A stretch of DNA of 64,000 nt from Octopus sinensis (GCF_006345805.1 NC_042997.1:92876001-92940000); one strand, 5' to 3'; positions 12,957 through 27,328 are shown, numbered from the stretch's first letter. Program-made: numbers and translations. The notes: a model not told the origin generated them from the letters alone.

Positions 12957-13761
12957 AATTCACATTTGGAACTTGAGAAAAGTCTTGCATATTTTTACTG
13001 TCCCACTCACAGATTGCACTTGTAATATACGAATTAGCCGGTCGATTTCTCTTTCTGAAAATTTCTGTTTATCCAGATTCTCTCTTAAGCATTTACTAAC
13101 AAAACCTAGTGCTCCAATTATTATTGGTATGAATATGAATTCATAGTCTGGATATAGAAGCTGGAGGTTTCGAAGCAGTTGTCCATAGATATCCTCTTTT
13201 TCTTTGATTTTCAAAGAGATATTTATATCTGCAGGGCAGCTGACCTCTATGACAGGACACCCCACCCCCTGTCCCAAACAATAATATCCTGCCTGTTTAC
13301 ATTTGACAGAAGTTTTGATGGTAATATTCCACCAGTATTCCTTGAGTTGGTGTTTATGAATGTATTCCATAATAGATGGATTTTCCAAGTTTATTTCAGG
13401 ACAGTCTTTTTGCGGATGGCATTGTAAATTGCTTTACCGACAACATCGTGCTGCATAGGGAGGTAGTGCCATGACGACATTTTAGGACAGCTGCTAATCA
13501 CAGAAACATGACATAGCCTACACATGCGGTTGCACCTTGGGATTACAAGCGCGCCACTGTCTCTCTTGTTCACCAGGTATTTTGTGGCAATCTCCTGTTC
13601 CTGGATTGCAAACGCATAGTCTTCAAAGTGTGATGTGATGTAGTGGTCTTTGTGTAAATTCTACTGTCTTCTTCAAGCTTCCGGGCAACATATCCATAAT
13701 CTTTTTTTTTTATCTCTGCTGAATGCTTTCTATCCAGGTCTTCTCTGAGGTAAGAAAGCCC

Positions 13762-13792
<31 letters not shown>

Positions 13793-14069
13793 TGTATGTA
13801 TGTATGTATGTATGTATGTATGTATGTATGTATGTATGCATGCATGCATGTATGTATGTATGTATGTATGTATGTATGTATGTATGTATGTATGTATACA
13901 TGTATGTATGTATGTATGTATGTATGTATGTAGGTATGTATGTATGTATGTATTATGTATGTATGTATGCATGCATGCATGCATGTATGTATTATGTATG
14001 TATGTATGTATGTATGTATGTATGTATGTATGAGCGCATACTTGCATGCACACACACACACACACACAC

Positions 14070-14111
<42 letters not shown>

Positions 14112-14900
14112 GGGTAGGTATTGCATGCGCATGTGTGTGTTTCTTTACACTGCTTTTTTTTTACATGCATGTCTATATGTATACTTGAATAGTTATGTAT
14201 TTGTAAGCGTGCAAGTGTATATGTATGAATATTGCATCGATTAAAATTAAACGTATCAAAAAATCTGAGTGGCTGACATCTTTGTTGCCTTGTTGGTCTA
14301 GAAGACGGAGAATACCCGTAACCTGTGTAGGCCCACCTGGATGAATGAGACTGATGTCAAACATCTCATACGTACTGAGCTCCAATGTACTGCGTGTGAT
14401 TTTACACGCTTTTGTTTCATTTGCAGTCAGAAACAGATATGAATGGATCTTCTGGAAGTGTGTGTGATGTGTCCTTACGGAGAGATATATTTCCTATTTG
14501 CTTTAGTCCGTAAATCTAAGCACCTAGCCTGACAAATCTCCTTCTGTCTCTGGCATATTGATTTCTTGCATAAACACAAATCATCATTTTCATACGGATA
14601 AATAATATGAGATTTTGTGAGGATCATGTTGTTGCTTACGGTTATAGCATTGTAAGTGAAGCAACGCTGATCCAACAGTGTAGAGAAACCAGGTTGTGAA
14701 TACAGCTGGTCGAAAGCTTCTATATTACGCTCCATAATCTTTACATTTTGAAAAGATTATCGAGGTTAAATCCAGTTTATGCGGGCATCACTGAACACTT
14801 GGTGTTCATTTCGTCTAGCGATTAGCAGGAAAAATATACTGATATATTGAAGTAGTTTCCACGATGCTTTCTACAGGCCTACAAAAAGACTTTAAATCGA
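12957..14900 (-). pseudogene. Decayed R4/Dong-like (restriction-like endonuclease) non-LTR retrotransposon, split by a microsatellite
   Basis: CRLC...CPKMSSWHYLPMQHDVVGKAIY (CCHC region), IEVSCPAD...KEKEDIYGQL...IPIIIGALG (RLE domain); RT-side remnants right of 14250; stops and frameshifts throughout. Confidence 0.8.
13764..14105. repeat. Compound (TATG)n/(CA)n/(TA)n microsatellite
   Basis: Direct reading. Confidence 0.97.
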
Positions 14901-15124
14901 CACTGTAAGCTGCCTATCAACTCCTAAATTTTATCTGCTATGGTGTATTATGATATAATATAGTAAATTCTTTTAGAATTAAATTGTTCAATATGCTTCC
15001 ATTTACAGAAACAAAAAGCAAAGCGACGCACAAACAGACTAAGCTTACACAAAACCCACCACATTTGACCATTATAACAGAATAGGAACAATTATGTCTA
15101 AACAATATATCGATCGCAATGTTC

Positions 15125-15265
15125 AACTAATAGTTATTTTTTCGACCTCGAAAGGATGAAAGGCAAAGTTGACCTCGACAGAAATTTTGAACACAGAACG
15201 TAAAGACGGACGAAATGCTGCTAAGCATTTTGCCCAGCGTGCTAATGATTCAGACAGTTCACTGC
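15125..15265 (-). mobile_element. SINE family B partial copy
   Basis: cgacctcgaaaggatgaaaggcaaagttgacctcg...gacggacgaaatgctgctaagcattt. Confidence 0.8.
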
Positions 15266-15476
15266 ATTAGTATATCATTAGATATACTAGCATACTCTTG
15301 TTATCAAAGACGCCTACAATTATTTTATTAATGATACAAAATGGCGCATCAACACAACGGGAGAAACCATTGATAAATGTCAGCAACCTAGTAAGTGTAT
15401 GTATAAACACAGAATTGATACACTTGAAGAATCAGATACGATTCTAAGGTTTCGTCCAAATGATACACCTGCGTGT

Positions 15477-15541
<65 letters not shown>

Positions 15542-15934
15542 GATAGACAAATAAATAGATAGACAGACAGACAGATAAATAGATAGATACATTTAAATGT
15601 ATATAGCATATGTGCATGCACACACACATACACACTCATTCATGCACACATATACGTTTATATGTATATAAATTACTTGGTAAAATTATTAATTAATTAA
15701 TTGATTAATTAATAAATTTTATCCTTTTAATATTACTGAAATTATAATTTACTCCCTGATCGAAAACTGCAGTTTCGGCGGGATTGCTCGTAACACACTC
15801 GTGGGTATTGAGGATAAATATTTGTTCACATTCGGCTGTATATTTTTGGAAGTGTTAGTTGAATATCGGTTATGTAATGCCACTTGATCGCGTACATATT
15901 TAATCCCAACGCTTTCATATTTATATTTCGAAAT

Positions 15935-16002
15935 GCTGCACTGATGATGAGAAATAAGTAAGTAAATATAACTTTACTTTAATCTCGAGACGCGTATGTA
16001 GC
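15935..16002 (+). ncRNA. Type I hammerhead ribozyme fold (core variant GAGA, probably impaired)
   Basis: gctgca-CTGATGA-tgaga...tctc-GAGAC-gc-GTA-tgtagc: stem I gctgca/tgtagc, stem II gaga/tctc, palindromic stem III. Confidence 0.6.
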
Positions 16003-16182
16003 CAATCTGAGTCGTGTGGATTCGTTATTTTTTCTTTTTGCCTACATAAAAAGTGCGTTACTGTCTGGGAGATCTGGTGGTAGAAAAGGCATTAGACTCC
16101 TATTTCTAAATTCTGTGCGTGGCGAATCAATTAACTGAGCCCTGATTATAATTATGTTTATAATTATAGAATATTTGTATAA

Positions 16183-16577
16183 TCTTTATATATAAAAGTG
16201 AGGTTGTGTGCTGTCTGTCTCCTACGATTTAGATTCCTAACTACTCCCACATTTTGCGGTGCAGTTTAACCAAAACCGGGTATCTTATAGTCGTGATTCA
16301 TATCAAGCCCTTCTGGGTATTAGCGCGCGTCTACGATGAGTCTACGATTTAAAAAAAATTACCATCAATTTTTCCCATTTTTAATGCATTTTTGGCATAT
16401 ATAAGGGAAGTAACTCTCTAAAAATTTATTATTAAATCTCAGAACGTAAAAAGCTACAGTAACACCTCCCCCTTTGTGGTTAGCCATATTGAGATGGCTA
16501 TTATACTTTACATCTCTAAAAATGCTTTTATAGTTATTTCCCTTACAAACCCGAGCAACGCCGGGCGATACTGCTAG
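16183..16577 (+). mobile_element. Non-autonomous Helitron
   Basis: 5' TC(tttatatataaaag), subterminal hairpin cccgagcaacgccggg, 3' CTAG, inserted between A and T without TSD; close copy at 51275-51672. Confidence 0.88.
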
Positions 16578-16890
16578 TTTTATCTAAAAAGGTTATTTTA
16601 ACGTACCGAACTACTTGGTAGAATTATTAATTACTAATTAATTAATTAATGTTACCCTTTTATTATTACTGAAATATATATTGTGTTGTATGTCTTGTAT
16701 TCTGTTTTTTTTTTCGTTGTTTGAAAAAAAGTTCGTTTCTATGTTTTTGTATTTAGGTTTTCGTTTCTCATTGTGTTCCACGCTTTTTGATGTCTTTTAC
16801 CCATATATGCATGTATATATACATATATATGTAGTTATGTACATATATGTATGTATATATGCATATATTTATATATTATTTATATTATAT

Positions 16891-16970
<80 letters not shown>

Positions 16971-17224
16971 TGTATGTATTATGTATATGCCTCATTAAGG
17001 GATAATAATAGCCAATGAATTTACTGGTTTCTTACCTATTATTTATTTTGAATATTAGATTTAATATTAAAAAATAGGTAATTTAATGATTTAATTATTT
17101 TAATTAATTTTTGAAGTTTGAATCGAAACAGCTATTAGAGATTGTCTACTTTTGTAATTAATAAATATAATTATTAATTGATTTATCTCTATTTTCTTAT
17201 TTTTCATATATATATATATACATG

Positions 17225-17410
17225 TGTATATGTTTGCACCACTACCATCGCTTGACAACCGATGTTGGTGTGCTTATATCCCCGTAAGCGGTTCAGCAAA
17301 AGAGACCAATGGAATAAGTACTAGACTTACAAAGAATAAGTCCTGGGAGTCGATTTGTTCGACTAAAGGCGGCACTCCAGCATGGCCGCAGTCAAATTAC
17401 TGAAACAAAT
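17225..17410 (+). mobile_element. SINE family A, 3' half
   Basis: catcgcttgacaaccgatgttggtg...gactaaaggcggcactccagcatggccgcagtcaaattactgaaac. Confidence 0.85.
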
Positions 17411-17660
17411 ACTTACGCATACATACTTATATGTATACCTTTGCATGTGCATACATATACGTATGTGTGTAAGTGTGTGTAAATGTGTATAAGCGCGTGT
17501 GAATGTGTGTGCGCGTATGTATGTTTGTTACCATTTTTTTAGATCGATGAAATCAGTAAAATATATTATCTTTTACTTGGAAATGGATCTAAGGGCTTGT
17601 ATCAGAAACGATAACAATGAGAAAATGGACTAAAACGAAAGAAAAAATATATAAATGAAA

Positions 17661-17721
<61 letters not shown>

Positions 17722-17749
17722 AAAAAGGAGATGTGGAACATGGGTTGTG

Positions 17750-18079
17750 ATATATAAAAAAGGAAATGAAGAAAATGCTGACAAAATAATTTAAGTAAGG
17801 GAGAGTGTATTTAATTAGGTGAAAGTTCTTTACCGGTTGCGCATTTGTTATGCTTATCAAAAGATATTTTGAGTGAGATAGAGTTCCTTTATGATTGATT
17901 TTTTTCTCTTATCAGATAAGAGAAAAAAATCAATCAGAAAGGAACTCTATCTCACTCAAAATATCTTTTGATAAGCATAACAAATGCGCAACCGGTAAAG
18001 AACTTTCACCTAATTAAATACACTCTCCCTTACTTAAATTATTTTGTCAGCATTTTCTTGATTTCCTTTTTTTATATAT
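17750..18079. repeat. Near-perfect palindrome of about 330 bp
   Basis: Arms 17750-17913 and 17915-18079 are reverse complements around a single A at 17914, with about 2 substitutions and a homopolymer indel. Confidence 0.95.
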
Positions 18080-18289
18080 AAATATATATATATATATTCT
18101 TTTATTCTTTTACTTGTTCCAGCCATTTGATTGCGGCTATGCTGGAGCACCACCGTGCTTTTGCGCCATTACTTGTGATTATCCTTCGACTGATTTCCTC
18201 AAGCTGGGGGCATTCACATCGCCGCTCCTGTATGTTTCTTTGTCTCAGCAGTTAGGCCCATTTTGTGTGTGAGGAAGTTTGATTCCGCT

Positions 18290-19630
18290 GCTCCCGTCTT
18301 TACCTCATGCTGCTCCGTCGATTCATCTGTATTGTGGCGTGGAGGATGTCTAGTTCCTTTTGAAGACATCTACGTTCACATTATATAGGTTTCTTAATTT
18401 TTGTGGCAAGCCATTGAAGAGCTGTGAGCCTTGAACCCTTAACCTATTGCAGTTCCTGGTCTTGAATTTAGAAGAAGAGGATGGTACCTTTTGTACAATA
18501 CAATGGCGTCCCGTTCTGGCATTTATATAACATCCAATACCGAAATTAGGTATTAATCCTTCCAGAGTATTCCATATGTAGATTATTACATATCTGTTCG
18601 CCTTCGCTCCAAGGAATGACGTCATAGTTTTTTTCAGCTACTTCCTGTAGCTCATCTGCTACACTATTTCAATCTTTTTAGTTTAGTGGCGTTGGACTGC
18701 TTCAAGTTCCGCTGTTAGCTTGGTACTATGTAGTGACCATAGGTGATAGCAGTAGTCCAGGTAGCTGAGAACAAAGCCCTCCACAGGGTCAATATAACCT
18801 CTTGGTCTCTTGTCTTGGAGAACCTTAGTATCCATCCTGCCAGTTGTCTGCACTTCGCTGCCATCTTGGTAATGTGTATATGAAATGATGCATCATTGCG
18901 CATACTGATCCCCAAGTTTTTCCTCTGCTTGTATCTCTGGGATTGCAATGCCTTCGGGTCCTATATATGCAGGCTACGATGCATTTGTGAGTTGATAGCG
19001 CAACGCTTGAAATTTTCCAACATTAAACTGCATGTTGTTTACTCCAGCCTACTTGTATATTGCACTCAGGTCCCGCTGTTAATTTACAATGTCATCTAGA
19101 TTTTTTATTGCCTGTGATAATTTTGTATCATCAGCATAGCTAGTGATTGTGGCTGCCTGAGTGGTCATGGGCATGTCTAAGATGGCTATTATAAACAATA
19201 ATGGCCCCAAGACAGTTCCCTGGGGGATGCCACTTAGAATTTGAGTTTCCTCAGAAAGGGATCTGTCTGACTTCTGTTTTTAAGGAAGTCATGCAGCTAC
19301 TCTCCCAGTTTACCAACAATGCTAAGGTCTCGGAGACTAATATACCTTATCAAAGGTTTTTGCCAAGTCAAGATATATCACAATGACATCTGAATGGTCA
19401 AGCAGCTGCTTCAAAACCTAGTCATAGTGCTGTAAGAGTTGAGCGAAGCAGCTTCGTCCTGGACAGGAGCCATGCTGTGTATTGTTCAGTGAACCATTTT
19501 CTTCCAGGAACATTATCAATTTCTTTCTGGTGGTCCGTTCCATGTCTGTACTGATATGTGAAGTCAGAGAGATTGGCCTGTCAGAGAGACTAGAGAGTGA
19601 AGGAAATGCAATATAGTCAGACCTCAAGAA
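18290..19630 (-). pseudogene. Decayed CR1/L2-type LINE, RT and 3' region
   Basis: RPISLTSHI...QHG..PGRSC..QLLQHYD, GTVLGPLLFII, YADDTKL, LEGLIPNFGI...RTGRHC; many stops and frameshifts. Confidence 0.85.
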
Positions 19631-20841
19631 ACCACTAGATATCAGAATGTGCCTTAAACCATACAGATGCGTGGAGTTTACTCCAACGGTAGATTACTCC
19701 CAGTCACTTGTTCAAGTACCTATGTCTGCATGATCTGAGCAGAACGAGGCGATTCAGCACTTTGCAGTACTTACATCGAACAAAATGCTTGGTCAATTAG
19801 CAGCGGAGTTAGGATTCGAAATTACGATTCTTGGTTAATTGTTCACTACCTATTCAACTCAGCCACCTACTAATAACAGCAAACCAAAGATTTTCTTTGC
19901 GGGATGGGGGTTTAATCCACAAACGATTGCATTTTATTTGCCCAACCTGATGATGATGTTTATTTGGTACAAGTACGTGTACTAAAAAAACGAAACATAC
20001 TAGATGCTTGAATAAGCAGAAAAGTAATACCTATGGTTTTGTTGTGTCTAGAGAGTGTCATTATGCAAATATCGATAACACACGCACTGGTTCAATTCCA
20101 TTCCATTATTATTTGTCAATCGGTTAAATTAAACGATCGTTTAACTTGTTTGTTAAATAGTCAGTCGTTTGTTTTGTTTTTGTTTCTGGCTCTTTCATGT
20201 GGTGTAGTGGTATTCCCTAGTTCATGTAGCAGGATCCTCTTTCGTTTCTGGTGCCAGCTGGTTTCTGGGTGTATTTTCTTTTTGATGTTCAGTAACGTCG
20301 AGCATTTCAGTTTTTCTTCCTGGTGTTCCGTGAGTCTGAGATGCTTGACAGACGAATTCACGGATTTCGTATTTCATATTTATTAAAATATTTTTTAAGA
20401 GGAAAACTTCGAATGAAGATTTGTTCTATCCATTGAAGCTCGAACAGATGACATTATGAATTAGTATTATATTATATTAGGAGTATCACAACCAACATGT
20501 CGGATTTGTTTGTACCACAATAAAGTCAGTTAATTCACATCACCGTCTTTTGTAACCGTAATTAGGGCCACGTAAGCTAACCTAAGCTAGAAGCCATTTT
20601 ATTAATGTCACAATACGAAGACATCGCGACAAATAAAAATGAAAGTGGTCATAAGTCCTCCAGTTTACATTGTTTGCGAGTGACAGTCAGTATTGGATAA
20701 AGCAAAATATGAACTTTCTGCTGACGTCATAAAGGTTTTGTTATAAAGCAGCAGCCATTATCTTACAGGAAAATTAATTTTTGATTTCCTGGTTTTAGTG
20801 TACTCTTGTTTTTGACACATCCTGTAATTTGAAAAGAATTC

Positions 20842-20842
<1 letters not shown>

Positions 20843-20872
<30 letters not shown>

Positions 20873-21011
20873 CTTCTTCTTCTTCTTCTTCTTCTTCTTC
20901 TTCTTCTTCTTCTTCTTCTTCTTCTTCTTCTTCTTCTTCTTCTTCTTCTTCTTCTTCTTCTTCTTCTTCTTCTTCTTCTTCTTCTTCTTCTTCTTCTTCT
21001 TCTTCTTCTTC
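20843..21011. repeat. Pure (TTC)n microsatellite, about 56 units
   Basis: Direct reading; source of the poly-E and poly-F ORFs. Confidence 0.98.
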
Positions 21012-21069
21012 AGACAGCAGCGTCATGAAAAAAGATAGGCACAGACACAGCAAAAGTGGTTAATATCAG

Positions 21070-21105
<36 letters not shown>

Positions 21106-21214
21106 AACGCGCACAAACAAGCATATATGTACATAGACATACGGAAACAAACATAAATGTACATATATATGCATGTGCACACATACACATACATATATTC
21201 ATATGAAGAATTTT

Positions 21215-21543
21215 AATGGAACAAATCAACCCGAGGACATGTTTTTTAAGCCTGGTACTTATTCTATTGGTCTCTTTACCGAACCGCTAAGTTACGGGGA
21301 CGTAAAGACACCAACACCGGTTGTCAAGCAGTGGAGGGGAACAAAAACAAACATAAAGACACACACACATATGACAGACTTCTTCCAGTTTCTGTCTACC
21401 AAAACCACTCACAAGGCTTTGGTCGGCTTGAAGCTATAGTAGAAGATACTTAGATACTTGTGTAAGGTGCCAAACAATAGGGTAGAACCCGGAACCATGT
21501 GGTTAGGAAGCAAGCTTCTTACCACACAGCCACGCTTGCGCCT
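21215..21543 (-). mobile_element. SINE family A
   Basis: Reverse complement of the A consensus (ccgaaccgctaagttacggggacgtaaa...cttcttaccacacagccacgcttgcgcc). Confidence 0.85.
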
Positions 21544-22892
21544 ATATATATATATATATATATTCTACATGAGACCACCATATAAGCAAACATCTTTTTG
21601 GGGTATAGTACATTTGTTTTCCTCTTTTTTCTACCTCTCAATTCAACTGGTTTTTGTATTCCTTTTCCTTCTCTTTGATAAAAGGTGCCATCCGAAACAT
21701 CAGATTCTCTTCTGTTCTTCATTTGGCGTATTAAGGTACATCTCGCTTGTTGCCTTTTTTTAGTATCTATATTTCCCTGCAGGTGTTTTCATCTTTATTG
21801 ATTGAAAACGATCAATAAAGAAACATGAGAAACATCCCAAGTTAAATAGACTAAATCTTTATTTTATTATTTTTAAAGAAAGAAACAAAAAAGTTGTTTA
21901 CAGAACAACAGTCACTTTGAAGGTTAAATCAATCAACGTAAAGCTCTCCATTCGGCACACGGAGTCCAGATTAAACTGTACACTTATCGCAGTAGAGCTC
22001 CTGGTTAACATCTGTTCCCCTTGGAATACACTTAGGGCAAACATTATCATCACAAAGGTCACCCAGCAATCAAACTTCGCTCTTCCTGCCTTTGTATTTG
22101 CTGCAGAATCTCTTGCAGATGGAACACTTAGCTCTCTTCCACCGAATCATCTGCACTATCATGGTCACCATCACTCTTGTCACAGTCTACACTGTCTGTC
22201 ATTTTGAATCAAATGACTATTCTTCCTTTCCATTGTTAGACTTTTGTTGCTTCTTTGGTGCATTTTTTGCTGTATGCTCTCCCGTCTCAATCACAATTCA
22301 GTGTAAATATCAATACTTACATGAAACAATGCTGCGAAAACATTTTCACATACTGGCATATATTTCCTACTTGTAGAAGCCTATGAGCTGTATCTTAAGT
22401 GACCCATTATGCCCCACTTTTGAATTTCCTTGAAGTTTAGAATTTCAAAGAATATTTCTTTAAGTCAATATAATATAGGCAAAGAAGATACTCTGAAAAT
22501 ACCTCTAGTGCAAAAACTCCAAATCTGCGGTACTTCGTCTTGCTTCACTGCTAAGTTTTTTGTTTGACGATTAAAAATTTGTTGAAGGACTTGAAAAGAA
22601 GTCATCAGGAAGAATATAGCATTTATATGACCAGGAGGAATGATGCAATTTATAATGGCTGCTATATCATACTTCCTGATTTGGAGTTAGGAGAAGATGA
22701 AAATTTGGCAAATGACCCATTATGCCCCACTGATCCATTATACCACACTCACCACTATCACTTGCCCATAATTAGCTGATATAACCTTTAGAGTCATCGC
22801 TACTACTCTCTTTCGTAACCATTCTGGAAAATGGACAGAATGGGTACGGCTAGCACACTTCTGCTCATTTATTTGTTCTCTATAAATTCACC

Positions 22893-23195
22893 TGGGAAGG
22901 CGCATGGCTTAGTGACTAGAGAATTTGGCTCACGATTGCAAGGTCGTGAGTTCGATTCCCGGTGACACGTTGTGTCCTTGAGCAAGACACTTTATTTCAC
23001 TTTGCTTCAGTCCACTTAACTGGCAAAAATGAGTAGTACTTGTATTACTGTGTCACACTGAATCTCCCCGAGAACTACGTTAAAGGTTCACGTGTCTGTG
23101 GGATGCTAAACCACACGCACGTTAATTTCACGAGCAGGCTGTTCCGTTGATCGGACCAACTGGAACCCTCATCGCCGTAACCGATGGTGTGCCAT
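22893..23195 (+). mobile_element. tRNA-derived SINE, family D head with tail shared with 40200-40380
   Basis: ggcgcatggcttagtgactagag...gagttcgattccc...gtgtccttgagcaagacactttatttc, then gagaactacgttaa...ttaatttcacgagcaggctgttccgttgatcgga. Confidence 0.85.
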
Positions 23196-23499
23196 CTCTT
23201 GATGAATTCATCAAGAGTTAAACAACAGCATGTAGTTGCCTGGACTCACCAAGTGAGTGACGTTACTTAGGGTTTTATAATATGTTTCTGTAAGAGAAGG
23301 AGCATTCTCAAAGGATGCTGTAAATGTCTCATTATTGCAATACAGTATTTTGAACTACTCGGAGGGAGGACTACGATGAATAAATTAAATACTGGAGAGA
23401 AATGTTGAATGTAAATCTCAAAGTACTTTAATTCATAGACAAAATTCAAGGATGCGAGAAATTATGATGCTTTATAAGTTTTCAGAAATATATATATGC

Positions 23500-23506
23500 A
23501 TCTATC

Positions 23507-23592
<86 letters not shown>

Positions 23593-23616
23593 ATCTATAT
23601 CTATATCTATATTCTA

Positions 23617-23684
<68 letters not shown>

Positions 23685-23775
23685 GTGTATATGTGTGTGT
23701 GTGTGTATGTATATATTATATATATATATATATTATATATATAATATATATATATATAATATATATATATATGTG
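23500..23775. repeat. Compound (TCTA)n/(TC)n/(TA)n/(TG)n microsatellite
   Basis: Direct reading. Confidence 0.95.
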
Positions 23776-24088
23776 TGCAAGCATGCATGCATTTATGTAT
23801 GAAACGAAAAATAACAAAACGAACACATAAAAGCGAGGTGAAAAAAATAAATACAAATGTTAGTATTAGTTTTGACACTCAGGAAATTGAGTGGAGGGGT
23901 AAAGGAGATATCTTTAATGTTTCGAGTGTTCATTCTTCTTCTGAAAAACAAATGAGACAAGGGGAGGATAGACAGAAAAAAATTCAAGAATAGAAAACTT
24001 GCGTGTATGATAATCTGTGTATGTGTGTGTGTGTGTGTGTGGTGTGTGTGTGTGTGTACATACGTATAGAGAAATAGTGAGAAAGAGT

Positions 24089-24166
<78 letters not shown>

Positions 24167-24849
24167 ATTTTCATCAATTCGATCGAAGGAAATACATGGA
24201 AAATAAGTGGATTTTGATTTTCGGAGCTCATATCATTACAAAACTAACTACGTTGATAACATTTTTATTAGATTTTTGTCTTCATCAAAAGATATCTCAA
24301 TCTTGACAGAAAATAGTGTACGGTTTATTTTCGTTTTGGTGACTATCGCTTATAGCAAAATACTTATAAAATATATTTTCTATTTTCTCTCTGGTTTTCA
24401 ATGACAAAGTTTCTAAAGAGAAACTGTCCTTTTTATAATGGAGAGGAAACCGGAGATATTTTCCTGTTTTCTTTGCTAAGATCAATGATCTAGTGCAAAA
24501 AGATAAAAAAAAATGATATTCGAGTTTTCAAGTTAATTATATCACAACGATTTTATCCTTATTCTTCGTGCTCTCTCTCTCCTTCCATTTCTCTCTCTCT
24601 CTCTCTAACATGCACTCACACATATACATGCATACACACATACTTTCATATGTATGTGTATGTGTGTATGCATGTATGTATGTAAAAACACATGGAAAAA
24701 TAAGGATAAATACAAGTTTATATCAAAGTTCCTACGCGCAGTTCACCATTATGGTTCTTTGGAACCCTACAATAGATGTTCCAAAGATATATAGACATTG
24801 AACCAGAACTGGACTCAGGGACCACTGTATGCCATCAATTTACAGATAG

Positions 24850-24850
<1 letters not shown>

Positions 24851-24920
<70 letters not shown>

Positions 24921-25437
24921 ATGATATGATGATGACTGTCCACTCTGGTATAGCAGTATAGTTAGACAAGTAAAGACACGACTATCTATGACCGACTTCG
25001 CCGACTTCTCGACCACTCGACTTCCTACGTCACAATATTTGTAACGATTATCACATACAATTCGTCACGTGGGAAGGATATTCCACAATTATTATCCCCA
25101 TAACAAAAATGCTTAACGGTATTTTGTCTGTCATTACGTTCTGAGTTGAAGTTCCACCGAGGTCGACTTTTCCTTTCATCCTTTCGAAGCCGATAAAATG
25201 AGTAGCATTTGAGCACTGGGGTCGATATAGTCGGCTAGCTTTCACCCGCGAAACTGCTAACCTTGTGCCAAAAATTGGAAACCAATATTTACTATATCTA
25301 CTTTACCTCCTCTTCTTATCTTTACCTGACTGTTGTCAACATTAAGGATGGTGAATTCACCACAACGTAGCTTTATTTTTATGATCATACTAAGCTAAAT
25401 TTATTTAGTCTCGCTCTTCCAACATTGTATATATATA

Positions 25438-25483
<46 letters not shown>

Positions 25484-26043
25484 ATGCACACACACACACA
25501 CCACACACACACACACACACACATGATGATATGATGATGACTGTCCACTCTGGTATAGCAGTATAGTTAGACAAGTAAAGACACGACTATCTATGACCGA
25601 CTTCGCCGACTTCTCGACCACTCGACTTCCTACGTCACAATATTTGTAACGATTATCACATACAATTCGTCACGTGGGAAGGATATTCCACAATTATTAT
25701 CCCCATAACAAAAATGCTTAACGGTATTTTGTCTGTCATTACGTTCTGAGTTGAAGTTCCACCGAGGTCGACTTTTCCTTTCATCCTTTCGAAGCCGATA
25801 AAATGAGTAGCATTTGAGCACTGGGGTCGATATAGTCGGCTAGCTTTCACCCGCGAAACTGCTAACCTTGTGCCAAAAATTGGAAACCAATATTTACTAT
25901 ATCTACTTTACCTCCTCTTCTTATCTTTACCTGACTGTTGTCAACATTAAGGATGGTGAATTCACCACAACGTAGCTTTATTTTTACTGATCATACTAAG
26001 CTAAATTTATTTAGTCTCGCTCTTCCAACATTGTATATATATA

Positions 26044-26087
<44 letters not shown>
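24851..26087. repeat. Near-identical tandem duplication, period about 605 bp, with microsatellite junctions and a SINE B in each unit
   Basis: Identical ORF pairs 25025/25630 and 25051/25656; unique blocks about 24917-25443 and 25522-26050. Confidence 0.95.
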
Positions 26088-26088
<1 letters not shown>

Positions 26089-26961
26089 TAGCATTAAAGA
26101 CCCGTCGTTGCCGGCTCATAGTGCTAGTGCATGTATATATGTGTATATATATGTGTACATATTACATGTACATCTATATATATATACATCTACACATAAA
26201 ATGCAAAATACAAAGTTATATCTTGATATCGCTAGTGATAACAATACTCAAAATATATAACAGATTGGAATTGTTAGCTCTTCTTTTTTTCTCTACATTG
26301 TATACTTTATAGACAATAGTCTTTTCTTTAATTTAATTTTTTTATTATCCATCTGGACTATTCCATTTCTGCACTCTAATTTTATTTTTAATTTATTCCC
26401 ATTCATGTGAAACTACTTATTCAAGTTCAAATCATTGATGCAATTTTATACCAATTGCTATTTTTATTTTTGTTATGTTACGATTATATTATACTTTAGT
26501 TTGATTTTAATTATTACTTACTACATATAATTCAATTGTTATTATTATTTTTATTGTTAAAGTGAAAGCATCTGACATAAAACAGAGAAATATTTTTGTT
26601 TCACTTTTAACACGTAATACTGAAATAGTGGAGAAGATATGATATTGCTATGGGCTCGCTCTAGGCAAGAAGTTGAACATTTTTTTCCCATGAAACTACA
26701 TGGACCCTAAGTAAGGCATGTGTAAAATTTGAATGAAATTGGTTGTGTAGTTCTCAAGTTTTAGGGAATCGTAGTGGAGAAGATATGATATTGCTGTGGG
26801 CTCGCCCTAGACAAAAAGTAACAATTTTTTTGCCGATGACATTCCCCGAACACTAAGTAAGGCATGTGTAAAATTTGAATGAAATTGGTTGTGTAGTTCT
26901 CAAGTTTTAGGGAAACACACAGACAGACAGACACACATTCTCAGTTTTATATATATAAAGA
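26088..26961 (-). mobile_element. Non-autonomous Helitron (second family) with internal tandem repeat of about 145 bp
   Basis: Minus strand begins TCtttatatatataaaactgagaatgtgtgtctgtctg and ends gagccggcaacgacgggtctttaatgCTAG; internal repeat tagtggagaagatatgatattgct...ttctcaagttttaggga occurs twice. Confidence 0.8.
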
Positions 26962-27131
26962 TGAAGAGAAAATTTAGTACGTAAATTTCGAGTTGTATCA
27001 TTGGTGTAACCATGATGTTCTGGTGATCTGATGAGCTAGAATTCTTTATCTCCATTGATTTGTGAATATACAGTCGTATTGTATAATGCGTAGCGTGCAT
27101 ATTTATGCGAACATGTAAGCATAATTTATTA

Positions 27132-27239
27132 TACATTGAAATTATTATTACATGAAGAAACCTGCAAAATGGTCATAATCCTAAGGATGTCAAGTGTTTA
27201 AATAAATATATTCACCTCTCATACCTTCTAACTTTTTAT

Positions 27240-27328
<89 letters not shown>

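Larger units (their letters stand above)
15670..16680 (+). mobile_element. Non-coding hammerhead-bearing repeat (Penelope pLTR/retrozyme-like), about 1.1 units, interrupted by a Helitron
   Basis: Terminal redundancy tacttggta(a/g)aattattaatt...tattactgaaat at 15674 and 16613; homologous blocks shared with 38472-39650 and 41785-42420. Confidence 0.65.

Noticed and set aside
21900-22735. Cys-rich (PHD-like) remnant and repeated gacccattatgccccact motif
   Set aside because: Possibly a pogo-like transposon relic, but too decayed to define ends or a reading frame.
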